A DNA stretch of 50,959 nt, the filler included, from Sphacelaria rigidula (Eukaryota): the NCBI GenBank assembly GCA_964200075.2. It is 2 parts of 2 records of this genome, joined end to end, with 100 filler letters (N's around TTAATTAATTAA, not from the genome) between each part and the next. Parts side by side here need not be neighbours in the genome. Positions count along the whole stretch, not along the records: positions 25,538 to 50,959 come from CAXNAA020000166.1; 1 more part is not named here. One strand, 5' to 3'. Of the stretch, positions 32,328 through 46,338 are shown piece after piece. Made by a program: the position numbers and the translations under genes. The notes under the pieces are model-generated. The model was not told the origin of the DNA. It ran no database searches and saw only the letters and a program-made list of their open reading frames with translations. Every line of letters begins with the position of its first letter. Positions within the stretch are counted from its first letter, which is position 1.

Positions 32328-34249
32328 CTAATTGTCCTCTTCAACTTTGGCTCGGATACTCGAGTACATCGCGAGCGGGTTGATGATGGTGTTGTCGTTT
32401 GTCGGGTTGCGCAGATCGTGTGCCCGCCAAGTTTTGTGGGGATAACTTGAATACTGCAACGAGGGATGGCAACAGTCACGGACAGTACTACTCCGTACTA
32501 TTCTAGTACATTGAACAGTCGAATTTGTGTGCATCCAACCACACGTGCACTTTCATCTCTGCATGATTATAGTCGTGATCTGCTTCCTGAATCGAACGTC
32601 TATCGTGTCTGCTCATGAGACCAATCCTACCGTAGTCAGTTCCCCTACCTCCCCCTTTTTTGGTGCTGGTCTGTTCTCTGTTTCGCCGAAAAGAAATACG
32701 GTAGTGGATGGAGTGCACTGTTGTGGAATACCATCACCATCACAGCGTGTGTACGCGGGCGACTCCCACGTACGTCGCGAACTTTTTCGCCTGATGTCCA
32801 ACGCTGAGCATCTCGTCCTGATGTGCACACACATCAGTTAGAGTGCAGCGAGTATGTGTGGCGAATGTCCTGCCTGCTGCATATCGGACTTGTCCTCTTG
32901 AAGCCTGCTCAGAAAATGCCCGCATGGTTGCAGTCACTTCTGTAAACCGTTGTTTTGTCACATGGGTACATACCACACAGATGGTAATGGGCGGCGAACC
33001 GAACCCAACACCGAGGAAAACAAATGCCACTGATGACTGCTGCATTCTGGTGTATAATGAGTGATCGGTTTTCAGGTCAACAATCACTCGAAAAATCATT
33101 TAGCTTACGCTCGACAACCGTTTGTCTTGTATCATGGTTCATCAAGGAGTGGTGTGCTTAGCACTCCGCTGAAGGATGCCGTCATTTATGTCAAGCAGGC
33201 CGAGGCTACGTATGGGTCCTTCATCTTTCGAACGAACACATTATACCGACAATGAACAGATGATTACCCCACTCTGTCGGCCTTGGGGCTGATCCATTCA
33301 TAATCGAAGTAAACAGCATAAACACGTTTCAGTCATCATGACCGACATGCAGATCGTGACGTGTATCAACACACGCTCGGGGGCCCCTTTGTCAACACGA
33401 ATGAGAGCATACATTCAGCGGAGTCGTTCACTGACGAACTGTAGCTATAGCCTTTACCGATGAACTCAACGGTATAAAATCGGTGTTGGTGGAGATGGAT
33501 ACTGCTGTTGCGTTGTACCTGCCTCCGTAAATACTGCACACGAAGGAACCCACGAGGACAGACATGAAAGGGGTAAAGAGTATAGTATGAAAAAAAGAGA
33601 CAAGCCATGGTCATAAACAACGACACAAGACAACAGTATTTCATGTGTTCTGACATCACGTTTGTCAGGTTCTTCAGTATCGAAATAGTGCAACGCCAAG
33701 CGAAACACAACAAATGTACCAACCGGAACACTATTGATAGCTACCCTGAGTGGTAAACTCCCGGTGAATGCTCAACAGTCGTCAGTAAGTGGCTGTTCAC
33801 AGAGCAGACAACATCACGGAAAACATGCTAAATTTTGTTTACAGAAATATCCCTCTAATTCCATTAATGCTGGGACATTTCACAGCGTAGATTTTTTGTG
33901 AAATCGAAAATCAGCATTTTGTATCGAAAACCAAAGTACAAGGTCAGTACGGTCAGGTATATGAACGCCTGAGGAGCTGCCGGCTGATACCTCAGGCAGC
34001 TCACGGAGTATGGAAGTACGGAACCTAAGATACGGCACTGCAGGTACTCGCACAGCTCTCAAGGTGATGATCTTGTCGCTCCCAGGAGTCTTGGTTGGAA
34101 GCAAATCGAGGTAGAAATTCGGAGGAAAAAACACGGCAAAACAACTCTCCTGTGATTTTTCAAAGGTTTTGGGGCAAAAACTGAATTTGTGAAAAAACGT
34201 AGTGCGTGATTTTATGGACGCGGGGCATTCTGCGTCCTACATCGTACAT
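32328..34249 (-). CDS. Possible small multi-exon minus-strand gene, divergent from the 35135 gene; structure unresolved
   Basis: ATG at 34249 (MYDVGRRMPRVHK...). Exon-like blocks with AG/GT ends lie near 33950-34090, 33455-33530 and 32700-32815, with a possible terminal exon ending ...SIRAKVEEDN* at 32328. I could not make all phases agree. Confidence 0.2.
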
Positions 34250-35134
34250 GGCGAACCTTGGGAGCAGGTAGCACAGGCTGCTGATGAGCTGAGGGTAGCT
34301 TGGTGTGTGTGTGGGTTAAAGTGAGAGGGTTGGTGCTAGGTAACGTTTCTTGGGTCACGGCTTTGATCTAGAGCTCTACTCCGCTGTAACACGTGGTGGC
34401 TCTTTTTTTGTTTACAGTACAGTACAGTACAGTACACTACAGTACAGACTGAAGAATCGCGCTCAATTTGCTGTTGCCTGTGTGACAGGTGACGGTACGT
34501 TTTTGTCGTTGTTTTCTTGTCTCGCCCAGTCATGTGACTCGGTTACTCGTACCTATTCGCTTTTCCATGTTTTTCCTTATCGCCATCTGTCGTCCGGCAC
34601 ACAAGCATGCGTCTGTCGTATTAATGTCTTGACTGTTTCATGTCGATATCGCAGAGCGTTGTTTGCCGCAACCATCTGTCTGTTCGTATGTACTTATTTA
34701 CACCAGCGTAGTCTTGTTCACCGACGGCATCATCAAAGATTTTCTAACCTTTTTAAAAAAACGGCGCAAAGCAGGCGGCAACCAGAGAGAACTCAAGTAC
34801 AGTACGGTACAGTCCAGTATCCCTTGGCACACAGACGCACATGGAAGTGGTTTATGAGGACTGATTTGTGAACTATGCAGTACATGTGCAACATGTCTGG
34901 GCACGAGTTCCCCGTCGCGTAGTTGTCAAACCAGCCTTCTTGTCGAGCTCGATAAAATCATCGTCTCGGCGAAGCTAACATGTTACTTCATCCGTGTTCC
35001 TTCCATAGGAGCCAGAAGGAGTTTTCTCCGACTGTAGAACGAGAAGCGACGCCATTGGACTTGCTCAGCTCGTGGGCGATCGCAACGCAAGCGGTTGTTT
35101 GGAGAAAGTTGTGCCACAGTAGAATCATAATCAT

Positions 35135-38100
35135 ATGACTAGGCATAGCACCGGCGAAACGGGCAGAGAAACTGAGAAGGACAGGAAGCACGACAGTATC
35201 AGTAGTAGTGTCGGTACCATCCGACGCTCGGCGAAACCATGCCCCCCTTCACCGAAGACAGCAACCCGTGCACAGCAGCAGCAGCAGCAGCAGTACTCTT
35301 TGTCCGACCTAAACAGCTGTGAGACCCAGCAGCCGACGCAAGAATCTGCGGCCGCTGCACCGACAGTAGATACCGCGGTGGCGGTATCGCAGAACCCCGC
35401 TTGCCCACAAACCGAAGGGGAAGCAGGCGACACTGGCGGCAGTATGGGAGGTCGTTATCATGAACGTGATAACGGTAACAGTCAGCACCACCAGCAGGCG
35501 CAGGGCCCCCTTCAAGGCACGATCATGCTGGATGACCGCTGTAGTAGCGCCACCGGGGTACAAGAACCAGGGCACGTGTCAGCCGTTCCTGCGATTACAA
35601 GCAGCACCTCCTCGACATCATCTGTGCATCCTGCAGTGGCGGCGGCGGCAGCGGAGGCAGCGGCGGCGGCAGTTGCCGCAGGTATATCAAGGACTCCCGT
35701 CCGAGCGGCGACTCCAGCTGCACCAAGCACCAACACCCGACAATCGGACAGCCGCAATTTCTCCCCAGCGCACACCCGGACGAGATCGCACTCCGCCGGG
35801 CCGGGTGGTCGATCGCCGCCGCACGCACGACCACTGTCGGCGCCCGCTGCACCACCGCCGCCGGAGTCAACGGCCGTCGGCAACCCGGACTCCATCGCTG
35901 GCGAGGTGGCGGCAGCCGGAATCAACGATACCCGGCTACCGCTGCGGGCCAATCTGCACCCTGCCCTGCAAGACGCAGGAGCAGACGCAGGGGCGCAGTT
36001 GGAGGCCGCTGCCGCCGCACTGCAGCAGGCTGCGTTACCGTCGCCGACACTCGACGCCGACAATGCCGCGCCTGCGACGGCCGACCCCGCCACTCTCGAC
36101 GCTTGTGACCCACACCACAGCAGCACGAACGGGACTATGTCGGGGCGGGCAGGGCGGGGGCGGCGTGGGAGGGGCCGGGGGTGCGGTACGCGGGGTCAGG
36201 ATGGGACTAGCGCTGGTGCGACTGACAGCGGCGAGCCTGCGCGGGGGGGTGGTGTAGAGGCAGCATGGGACGAGGAAGAAGGATACGCTGTAGGTTCCGG
36301 GGCGAAGAAGGGGAAAGGGCCGGATGAGTCACTGGAAGACATTCGGAGTCGCATGCATCAGGTGAGCGCTTGTAGCATGTGTATGCTTGGGTTTGCTCGC
36401 ACAGGTGGATGCTTGCAGGTGTTGTGATGATATATTCAGAAAATCCGCAGGTGCTGTCGTACTTCCGAGCGTGCATCCTTAGAAAACTATGGAGTTCACT
36501 CCCCCGCTATGAGGAGTGCAGCTATGGCTTTCAGCGGTGGCAGTCTTGTCCTGCTGATGCGCCATCGTGAATTTCTGCCGAGGTTCGATGATGGCTGAAT
36601 CCCATCAGCAAACTATGGAGCATAACAAGGTCAACATTCATGCGCAGTGCTACACAGGGTGCTTGTACACAAAGGAGACTCAAGCAACAAGCGGTTTGTA
36701 AAAAAAGTTCCGCTGATTTTGTGCCGCGAGCGCGGAAATTGTGCAGCCTATTGATACGCTCCATCTGAGACCGTAGTTGACACTGTAGGAGACAGCCTGG
36801 TGCGCCCATGGCGTCGTGTGTGTGTAAAGTATGTCGCTGGTATGTTATCGAGGAGTTTTTGAGCTCTTCTCGGGATATTTTACACAGGATACCAACAGCA
36901 TGACCCGATCGACCAATTGACATCGATCTCCGGAGTAATACAATTCCTCTTGCGATGACTCCGCCTCTGCGGATTCTCTGCATATATATCTCATTTTTTT
37001 CTAGCGGAAGTATAGTCGTGAAAGCTGCCAGGCATGGATTGTGTACGGTGGAAAGTGATGCGTATCAAGCTCGACGAGCGGCGGCACTGGTTGTCCAGTG
37101 TTTTTTCTTTGTCGAGCTGCGGGGTGGTAGCTCTTGATGTCACATGTTGCACGTGCATGGCATGATACGATCATTAACCCAACAGGTGGACGCCTTGTCT
37201 GCCAAGGTGAACAACGCGATGCAGGAGACGGAGTCAAAGCCGGAGACAAAGTCGGAGACAAGAGAGACGAGCTCACGCAGTAAAACGGGAGCGAGCGCAT
37301 CAGCTTCTGCTGGCGCGTGGGATCCATCTTCCCTTCCGGCGACCCGAGATACTGGCTCACGCCGACAACGAACACCGGTGCGTTCCGACCTTCTTGTCAT
37401 TGCCCAGTGCCTGCTGCAGTCACGACCATGCCCATGCGTATCTCCGTGCAAGATGGGCCAAATGAGGGGAATTATCTGTTGCAACCAGGGGGTCTTTGAA
37501 GATTATATTTCGGCGGCATCAGCTGTATTTCTGTCCACTCCGTGTGATTTTGTGCGCCAAAAGTACGCTGCCACCGTGCTGTGTCCGCGTTGTTGGTGAG
37601 CATAGACCTCGCCCAGCCTTTTTCGCGGGCCTGATACGTTCGTTATGCCCACGGTGTGGATGATCTGCGTGTTTGGTGCTGTCCTTACCTAAAGTCGCAG
37701 AAGCAGAAGCGGTAGCAACTGCTGCAATAGTAACAGCACAAACAGATGAAAAAGGCCAAACGGAGTGCATTACTTATGCTCTCTTGCGCAGCACAACGGA
37801 TGTCACGAGTGATCCCCGCTTTCTTTACCCAGTACTTCGCTTCGTGTATATATCGAGTGCGATGGTGTGTTGATGACTTGTTTCCGGCGACGAGGTGAAC
37901 TCTCGCTCGATATTCTTCATTTCTTTTGGTTTTCAAATTTTTAATTTGTCCGTTCAGCGGTGGGTCTGGGGGGTGCTCTTGGACGAATTCCCACACAACC
38001 AGTACGAAGAATGTACAGTTGCGCCACTTGAAAACAAATGCCGTGTCCTGGAGTACTTTTTTCCGTAACCACGGTCCTCGGAGGGTAAGTTCTTGGGGTC

Positions 38101-40193
38101 GTGGGGTCACTCTCCATGTTGAAAAATACTGGCGATTATGTGCACCCATGCACGCGAGAACGCCTGACGACAGTTTGAACCGTTTGATGTGGCGGGTGCG
38201 CTCCGAATAGGCGCACATCGCCTCCGATATTGAGAAGCTAGCCTCAGCACTTGAAAATAAGTTGTGTATCCGACGAGGAAGTGTCTTTGACACCTAAACG
38301 CCTGCATGTAATCCGGCGTTCCTGTAGTGTCATACGGTTTTAACTGATCTCCTCTTGAGTGCTGCGTGCCTACATGACCGAACAATGCGTTCGTGCTGCG
38401 CACTGGGTACACAATAGTGGGTACACAGTGCTTTACTTTGGAATCGTCGTCGCTAATTCGTACTCCATCATAGACTGTTCGATTTTAGTATCGGCCAATT
38501 AACGACCAGTGTATCGTATAAACGACTATAAATAAAGGGTTACTTGAATGCAGTATGGCTATTCTTCACCCGATACACTGCGCTCACACGGCATGTATGA
38601 ATGTGATCATGTAGAGGCTTACTTTTCTTTCAAGGTTTTTCATGTTTCATGTGCGGGCCCATGTGTGAGGACTTCGGAACCTCTAGAGCGTTGTAGTTCA
38701 GTTTTTGTCTTAATTTAGCAGACACTTTTTTCAGCCGTGTGAATATGGACGGCCCTACCGTGAGTGCGTTGTGTAATCTGGGAAGGCAAGAGGCACAGAT
38801 GTGCTCAATGGCAACTGCTGAATAAGCTTGATATGCTTGAACGTAAATTATCAAATATTCGTGGTGTGGTCGAATGAAGAACACAACACGATAGCATCCT
38901 CCCCCGCGTTTCATCTTTTTGCCGTTACAGACGGCTCGGCTCCAGCAGCACTTGACGGAAGTGCGGCGGAATTCCCGCTCGCGTCAACAGCCACCTGCCT
39001 CCAACCAACAGCAACCGCAACCAACTCCACCACCACGTCGCACTGAGACACCAGGTATGTTGTCCGTGTCAGCGTTTTGGACCCAACCTTCGGAACGTAT
39101 CACCTCCTGTGCACCCACCACGACTTACTTCCGCTAGCAATACAAAAGTAATTCAGAGAGCACTCGTGGACGCGTCCAATGTGCTGGAGCATTTGTCGCC
39201 AAGTATTCTCGAAGCAAGAGAGGTGCGAATTGAGGCAGGATGTCCCAAATGTGTAATTTCACGTCGCGTTGCATGCTGCATGTGCTGGTTGGTATGCCGT
39301 CAGCTACTATATGTAGGATCATCGACGACAAAACCAATATCGCAGCTTGATACCCTACATAGTTAGCAGTAACGCTTCACCGACATATGCGATACATAGT
39401 TAGCAGTAACGCTTCACCGATTTGACCAAACGAGGGTTTCACCATTTCACTCGAACGCTCTGGGATTCCGTTCCAAGATATTGTCCGCTGACAGAGTTCT
39501 GCGATTTTGGGAGGGGATGGTTTCGTAGACGTAAATAGACGCTAGGGAGACGCAGGCCTTGGCAGAGGTGATGCAAAACAACACGTTTTCAGCCGAGAGG
39601 CGTGCAGCAGCATTTTACCATGATTGGGCAAGGCGGGTGTACATTTTCTGCCCTTCGTGCATCAGTCCGCTATTCGTAATGTCGAGCTCACTGCTGTTGG
39701 GGCGATGGGCAGGCATCCTCGCCACATCTTGCTACCCAGCTTGGTGAGGACGACAAGCTCATCGCTGTGCTTTCATGCGCAATGCTTGAGTGTGATTCAA
39801 CTTGTGCTCGTGTCGCTCGCTTGGCTGTCGGGAATGTGGGGAAAGCTCTCCCCAAACCTGAGGCACTGGATCAAGACAGCACCCTACCACATCCACATGA
39901 GCCGCGCCTACAACACGTGAACCCCCGGGGAAATTGGTAACCCACACCGTTCAGGTTTTCGGCAACAACTATTTGTGTTGTCCGCACGTGTGTCTTCCCG
40001 AGACGGCGAAGCGCTGCTGGTCGTGGCTCATTCACGACACACTATGACGCGCGTGTATATGCGTGGCAACGACATTTGGTATCTAGGCGTTGTGTCTCCA
40101 CCAAAAAAACGCTACTCTGGACATATTTCCCCTCTGGACCCCCCCCCCCCCCCCCCCCCCCCCCACCCCCCCCCCCACCACCCCCCCCCCCCC

Positions 40194-40242
<49 letters not shown>

Positions 40243-40923
40243 GAAGGGTGTCCTTATAGCGTCCAAGTAGGGTCCCGGGCTTCAAAGGAATCAACCTCAC
40301 ACATTTGTGCTCAACCCGAGGCTTCCAACCCACGCGGAACTTGATTATACACTCCCAGCTGCTACTCCACGGATCACCACGAGAGGGGTAGCTCGAGGCG
40401 GAGCCGCAGCAGTTAAAGTCGCGCCGGCTTCTACCGCGGGGAACGGGAGTGGTACTGGAAGGAGCGGTGGTGCTATCGGAAGCTCTGGAGGAACCGCGGC
40501 CGGCAAAGGTGGCAAAAAGCGGAAACGACCGCTGGACGGTGTGGTTGATAAATCTTCTCAAGGCGGGGGGGGCAGCGCTGATGCTAGTGCGGGCGGTGCA
40601 GGAGGTGCGGATAGTAGGCAGCCAGGGGAAGGGGTGACGGTGATGCCACCAGCCGATGCTGCAGAGCGGCTTCCGCTGCCGCCGCCACCGACAGTGGCGA
40701 CAGCGGTGGCGGTGACTCAAGATGCGGGCGGCGGCGGGGGTGCAATGGATGTTGCGGAGAGCGAGAGCGGACCGGTGGCGGTACGAGGAGAGACGACTTC
40801 CGCTGTGGGTGTGAGAGAGCAAAATGCATCAGCACAACCGCCACTGCAGCCGCCAGATTCGTCTGGTGATACTGCAAACGCAGTAGCAACGGCGGCAGCA
40901 GCAGCAAAAGCAGCGGTAGCACT

Positions 40924-40954
<31 letters not shown>

Positions 40955-43900
40955 CCTCCGCCTCCGGTGGCGGAAGCACAGGCCGTCCACTCGTCGTCTG
41001 CCGCGCATGCAGAACCATTAGCAGGAGAAACGGTAGCGGCGGCAAGTTACGATGTCCCAGCGACAGCTACAGCAGTGCCGTCTCCTTCAAGCGGGATAAG
41101 CAGCGCCAGCACTCGTGCGATAAATTCTGGTGGATATGCAACGCCTGCTGCTGTTGTGGGTCAGACCAGGCTCTACGGCGGTGGCGGCGGCGGAGGAGGA
41201 GGAGGAACACACTCAGTACGTTCTGCTCCAGCTCCTGCCGCGTCGCCGGGCAGCAGTACGAGCCGCAACAGCAGCGTGACGGGGTACGGCGCCGGAGGCG
41301 TTGAAGCGGCCGTTGCTCCTCCGCCACAAGGCACTACTGTCGTGCAGCAGGGCGCGGTCGTAACACCCTCTGACGTTGCAGCGGCTGGAGAGGCTCCGAG
41401 TTCGCGGCAAAGGTGAAGATGTGTTCTACTATTCTTGTCGGGCACGTTCAATCTCTCCCGTGTCCGAATCTCGCCAGTGGCAGGGCGATTCAGCCAGTCC
41501 ACGTTCGAGTAAAGTGTTGTAGCGGCGCACGCGGGTGTTTGCCCTTACGCTGGATTGACGTGCTCGGTATAATACAATACTACTTCGAACGTGTTGTTGA
41601 CCGATGGTTATCGAGAAGTCTTTTTTCTCTTACGAATGCCGCAAAATTTATGCTCGGGCGCTTTCCTCTTAAGCCTCGTACAGTTCCAGGACAGGCAGTC
41701 GCTCGAAACACCGTGCGAGCAATAAGGCGACAAAGTATACCCCAGCCTACGAAAGACACATGTGTTCACATATATCCACGTTGATATACATGTATATATA
41801 ACCGGCTGTGCGATATCTGTATCTCAAATTGACAGTGTGCGTTCCGCTGCTCGTGGTTTTCAACTGGGTGACGTATCCATGACTCAACAGCTAACGTTCT
41901 TGTATTCGATCGATGCTCGTGACGCTTTCGAGGCAACAAGTAGTCAAAGGGGGGTTGAGGCTAAGTGCCGGAAAAGTAGGTACCAGAATGTTCGGGGATA
42001 ACAGTACCCTCAGACGAAGTGGTGAGCCAAGAAAAGCTACGTGGCACCATATACTTTCGTTTACACCACATACGGCCGCAGTTAACCTGAGCTCCGTGGC
42101 AACCACGTGAGACTATGTGCTATGTAACATGACAGTACCCCTTGTATCCATAAAATTTCGTTCCGGCCGATTCTTTCAACGTTGTGTTTCGCTCCCAAAG
42201 CCTGAAAACTTCGCTGAATGTTTAGCCGTCCTTTTCTCCAATTTTCTCCGACGAGTTTATCCGACGAACGCTCTGTCAAGCAACTACATCGCCACCTTGA
42301 GGCTTGTGCAAAGAACTGTAGTGCCGCATCTCGGGGTCCGTGCTGAGTGAAGTATCGGACGGCACTTCCACATTATCGGTCGTACAAGTGACCTCTTGTG
42401 CCTGTTACTTCGACCCCATGCGGACATGGTTACGATTTGCCATGAAATAGTCTACTATGCTTGGGAATCTCCAAATGTTAAAAAATCGGAGGCAGTTTTT
42501 GGGCCTTGAGTTTGTCGTGTGTTGATGTATGATTTGCAGCGTGACTGGCCATGTATGAGGACTGTGCCGTGACGTGAACACACTCGTACGCTCTTGGGGG
42601 ACGTATTTGCGTTCACCCCGCTTTCTCGGCACCAGTGTTTGGATGGCCAGCACATCGCGATCGTATTCTGTACGTGTGTTCGTCACAGTGATTCCCACCC
42701 ACAGCCAACCAGGCGACCCCGCGGGTATGCTGAAATAGCTCATCGTGCAATTGTTGATTGGTCCGTCAGATTGATATAGAATCGACATCATTGTGTCTTG
42801 TACGCTAAAACGCAGGAGGGAGGAAACGAAGTTCGAGGCGGCTGCGCTGGCGGTTTCCAGAGCGAAGCTGGCCAAGCCACGGAAGTGGGAAGAGTGCGCT
42901 GAGGGCGGGGAAGCGTACTACGTTACGGCCATGTTGGCGAGTGTTGTGCGAAGCTTGGCCGAGGGGCCTAAAACTGAAGTCGAGCTTGACCAGGTACAGG
43001 GCAGCGAGGGCGTTTGACGTAGTTTTTTTTCGTTGCTGCTTTTGTGTACAGGCCATGTGTACAGTGACTAATCGTGGCGGCAGCGTCGGCTGGCGGGGCT
43101 ACTGTAGTTAGATAGATGGTATGCCTCCCTCCCCCCCCCCCCCCCCCCCCCCCCCCCCCGCCCGCCCGCCCTCGGCGGGCGGTGGGCCCGCCCCGCGCCC
43201 GCGGGCGGCGGGGGGGGCGGGGCAAGGGNNNNNNNNNNGGCCATGGGTACAGGGGCTAATCGGGGGGGGGGGGGGGGGGGGGGGGGGTACTGTGGTTAGA
43301 TAGGGGGTGGGCCCCCCCCCCCCCCCCCCCCCCCGCGCTCGACGGCGATTGCTTCATTGGGGTACGATGCTGTGCTCCATCGTCTCGAGGACGGGATGGC
43401 AAAGGTCTAGCATGGTCTCGCAACTATTATATACATATTCTGGTATTGCCAAGGTACATTTGACGACCTCTCTCTCCGCTGATCTGCGGTGCTTACTATG
43501 ACTCGACAACGAGCAGTCTGTTCGCAAGGATATGGAAACTGGGCGTGCGGCGGTCGGACTAGCCACGGCGGACTGGACTGAGTCACACATGGTCAATGTC
43601 CGCCTTGTCGTGGACGTGCTGATTGCGCTTGGTTTGGTGAAGTCTGAATTGTGCACGGAGCAGAGCTGTGTATTGGGCTGGCCCGGAGACGTCCACCCTC
43701 CAAGCGAGGCGCACAACGGGTGAGTAGCGGCGATGTGGTTTATCTCGCGTGATATGCACGAATTCAGGTTGATGTAGCGTTATTCCAGGGTATGCAAGAG
43801 ATGAGAGTGTAGATTTTTTCATCATCGTGTACCCATTGTAGGTTTATTTCGCAAGTTGCTGGTCGCACAGGCTCCGTTTTCGAGCCATGTTTCATTCACC

Positions 43901-46263
43901 CACAAAAGGGCGGGGTTCAGACGTTAATTTGTTCTCGTGTACGTGATCGGCACGGTAGTCTCTTTTTTTGGGGGGGGGGGGGGGGGGGGGTGGAAAAGGG
44001 TGCGCGTTGATGGACGGGGGCGTTGCTTGGCGCAANNNNNNNNNNTGGTGTTTTGGGGTGGGGGGGGGGGGGGGGGGGGGGGGGGGGTGTGGGGGGGGGG
44101 GGGGGGGGGGGCGGTTGTTGAAAAGGATGCGACGTTAGTTCCGGCCGTAATAGCTGCACCATCCCCTTCCGGGTTTTGTTCTTGCCCTGTTTTTGCTGTG
44201 TGTCAAACTCCATGCCCTCGCCCCCCTCGCCCCCCTCGCCCCCTTTTCACCCCCTTCACCCCCCTTCATCGATCCCACCTTCGACACTGCATGTGAACCC
44301 TCGTCTTGGTGCAGTGCACCGGCCCCTTGTTTCTGTGCTTCGGTGATGTGCCGAGCTGTCGCGCACAACACACGAGCGATGGTGGTACCGTCTTCCGTGG
44401 CATCCTTGACATCCTTGCCAGCAGGATCCGTTCCAATCGCAGCATCAACAGCAGCAGCAGCGGCAGCAGCAGCAACGGCAGCAGCAAATATGCCGCCTCA
44501 CACCGTCCCAGGCGCGACCGTACACCCTCTTCCTCTTGGTATACAGTGGAACAAGCCTGGCAGCAGTAGCAGTAGCTCACCTCCTTCGTCGCCGCTCACC
44601 CTTCCCTTAGGCAGTAGTGAAGGAACAACCCGCCTTCCCGCGCCTCCAGGAAGTGCCACAGCCCCCGCTCTCGAGCAAGCAGCGCTGCTCGCATCTACGG
44701 CGGCGGTAAACGCGTCTTCGGGGGCGGGGCACCCACCACTTGTTCACGTTAACCAGACGTCCACCTACGGCGTTCCTGCGCAGCTTGTTCCGACTGCCAC
44801 GGCGCACCGAGGAGAATCGGGGCTGGACTTGAAGATACAGCAGCCAGCAAGAACCGCAGTTGTTGGAGCTGCTGCTTCCGCGGTTTCACCGCTCGCTGGA
44901 GCTGCGTCGCCAGCGGCGGGGAAGACATGCCGAATGGGGAACGGGGGCACGGGAGATCCTGGGGCTGCGAGCGCTGTTGGCGGCAGCGGTGGGGCTGGGG
45001 CGGACGGTTCCATTGGAGCTATCCAAGCGAACGACGCGGTTGCTGAAGCGAATTCGGTCGAGGCGGGGGCGGAGGTGGGAGATGAGGCTACCGGGGACGA
45101 GTCCTCACAACAGGGTCAGCAATCGGGGGAATCACAGTCTGCCGCGACGCAGCCACTGCCGCTGTCTCCATCATTTTCGCAGAATTACCTGAATGCCTTG
45201 TCGAGGGGGATGTTGGCAGAAGCGGGGTTTCAGCCTGTGCCGGGCGGGATGGTTTCGAGGGGAGCAAGTGCGCCGTCACCTCCGCCACGTCTACCGCCGA
45301 CACCACCGGTGCATGCCCCGGTGCATGGGCAGAAGTCAAGTGTCCAACCGCTTCCCCCTGTTTCTGCATGGGGGAAACTGCCGGGGTTCAAGATGGACGA
45401 TGACGATAACACTCCTGAACGAACACCCGCCACCGCCGCCGCCGCCGGCCCTGGCGTAGGCATCGGCGGCCGTCACCAAGTGCACCGCCCCTACCAACAC
45501 CATTACCCCGCACCACAACAACAGCGACCGTCACAGCCCAAAGCGTCGCCGATTGAACCAAGGGATGCTGCTGCAGCGGCCAGGGAAGCGGTAGTCCCGC
45601 GCAACCAGGGTGTGCAAGGAGCTCCACCAACATCGGCAGCAGCAACACGGCCGGGTAGGGTGGCAACGCGAGGGTCGAGGGTGGTTGGCACTGGTGATGA
45701 GCACCCTAGCCAAGTGGGGGCGACGGGGGCAGCCGGGTCGACGTCGACTACCTCAGGGTGGAATGCAGCCGGCAGGAGTGCAGCTGTCGGGGCTGTGGCG
45801 GCACCCCCTCATGTGGCTACCCCTGCTTCCATGCCGGTGAGGGTATATTCGTTCCGTGTCTTTTTTTTTTTATGGCTTTCGACTGGTGCAGCCTTTATCG
45901 CCACTTCTGCTCTTTTGCTCCGGCATGTTAACTGCGAGTAATTCCCACTGCATCATACTTTCATTTTGCATGGGTGTCTATCGATCGTCATGTAATCTCA
46001 CGAGCACTGCTAGTGCTCGTACACTTCGTTTTTATTTTTTACGTTGCATACGGGCCGTTGCTGCCGTCAACCTATCACTGTTGTTGGATCTGCGTTAAAC
46101 ACCGCCTTGCGGACACTGATTCAACAGCTGTGCACGCTCCGCTGCGTTACGCCTATCTGCTCGCTCCGCTCTGTGTACCGTAGGTCACCTCAACCACTGC
46201 CTACGGTCCCAGCAGCCATGCTGGAAGAGGTCAGGTAGGAGTTCCAGGCGCGAAAACCATCCA

Positions 46264-46296
<33 letters not shown>

Positions 46297-46303
46297 GCAG
46301 CAA

Positions 46304-46338
<35 letters not shown>

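Noticed and set aside
37950-38412. ORF-like fragments in intron 2 of the 35135 gene
   Set aside because: They are interrupted by stops with no phase-compatible splice sites. Possibly a decayed repeat, but not assignable.
39356-39420. 28-bp direct repeat as a mini-CRISPR or TSD
   Set aside because: Two copies separated by 9 nt indicate a simple slippage duplication in an intron.
43050-43335. Apparent tandem duplication with G/C runs (GGCCATGTGTACAGTGACTAATC... versus GGCCATGGGTACAGGGGCTAATC...), potential G-quadruplex
   Set aside because: The second copy follows an N gap and is a G-degraded version of the first, typical of read-quality decay around a homopolymer. It is an overlap artefact.
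43970-44160. Poly-G tracts and a repeated 'GAAAAGG.TGCG' segment around an N gap
   Set aside because: Same homopolymer/gap artefact; sequence content is unreliable.
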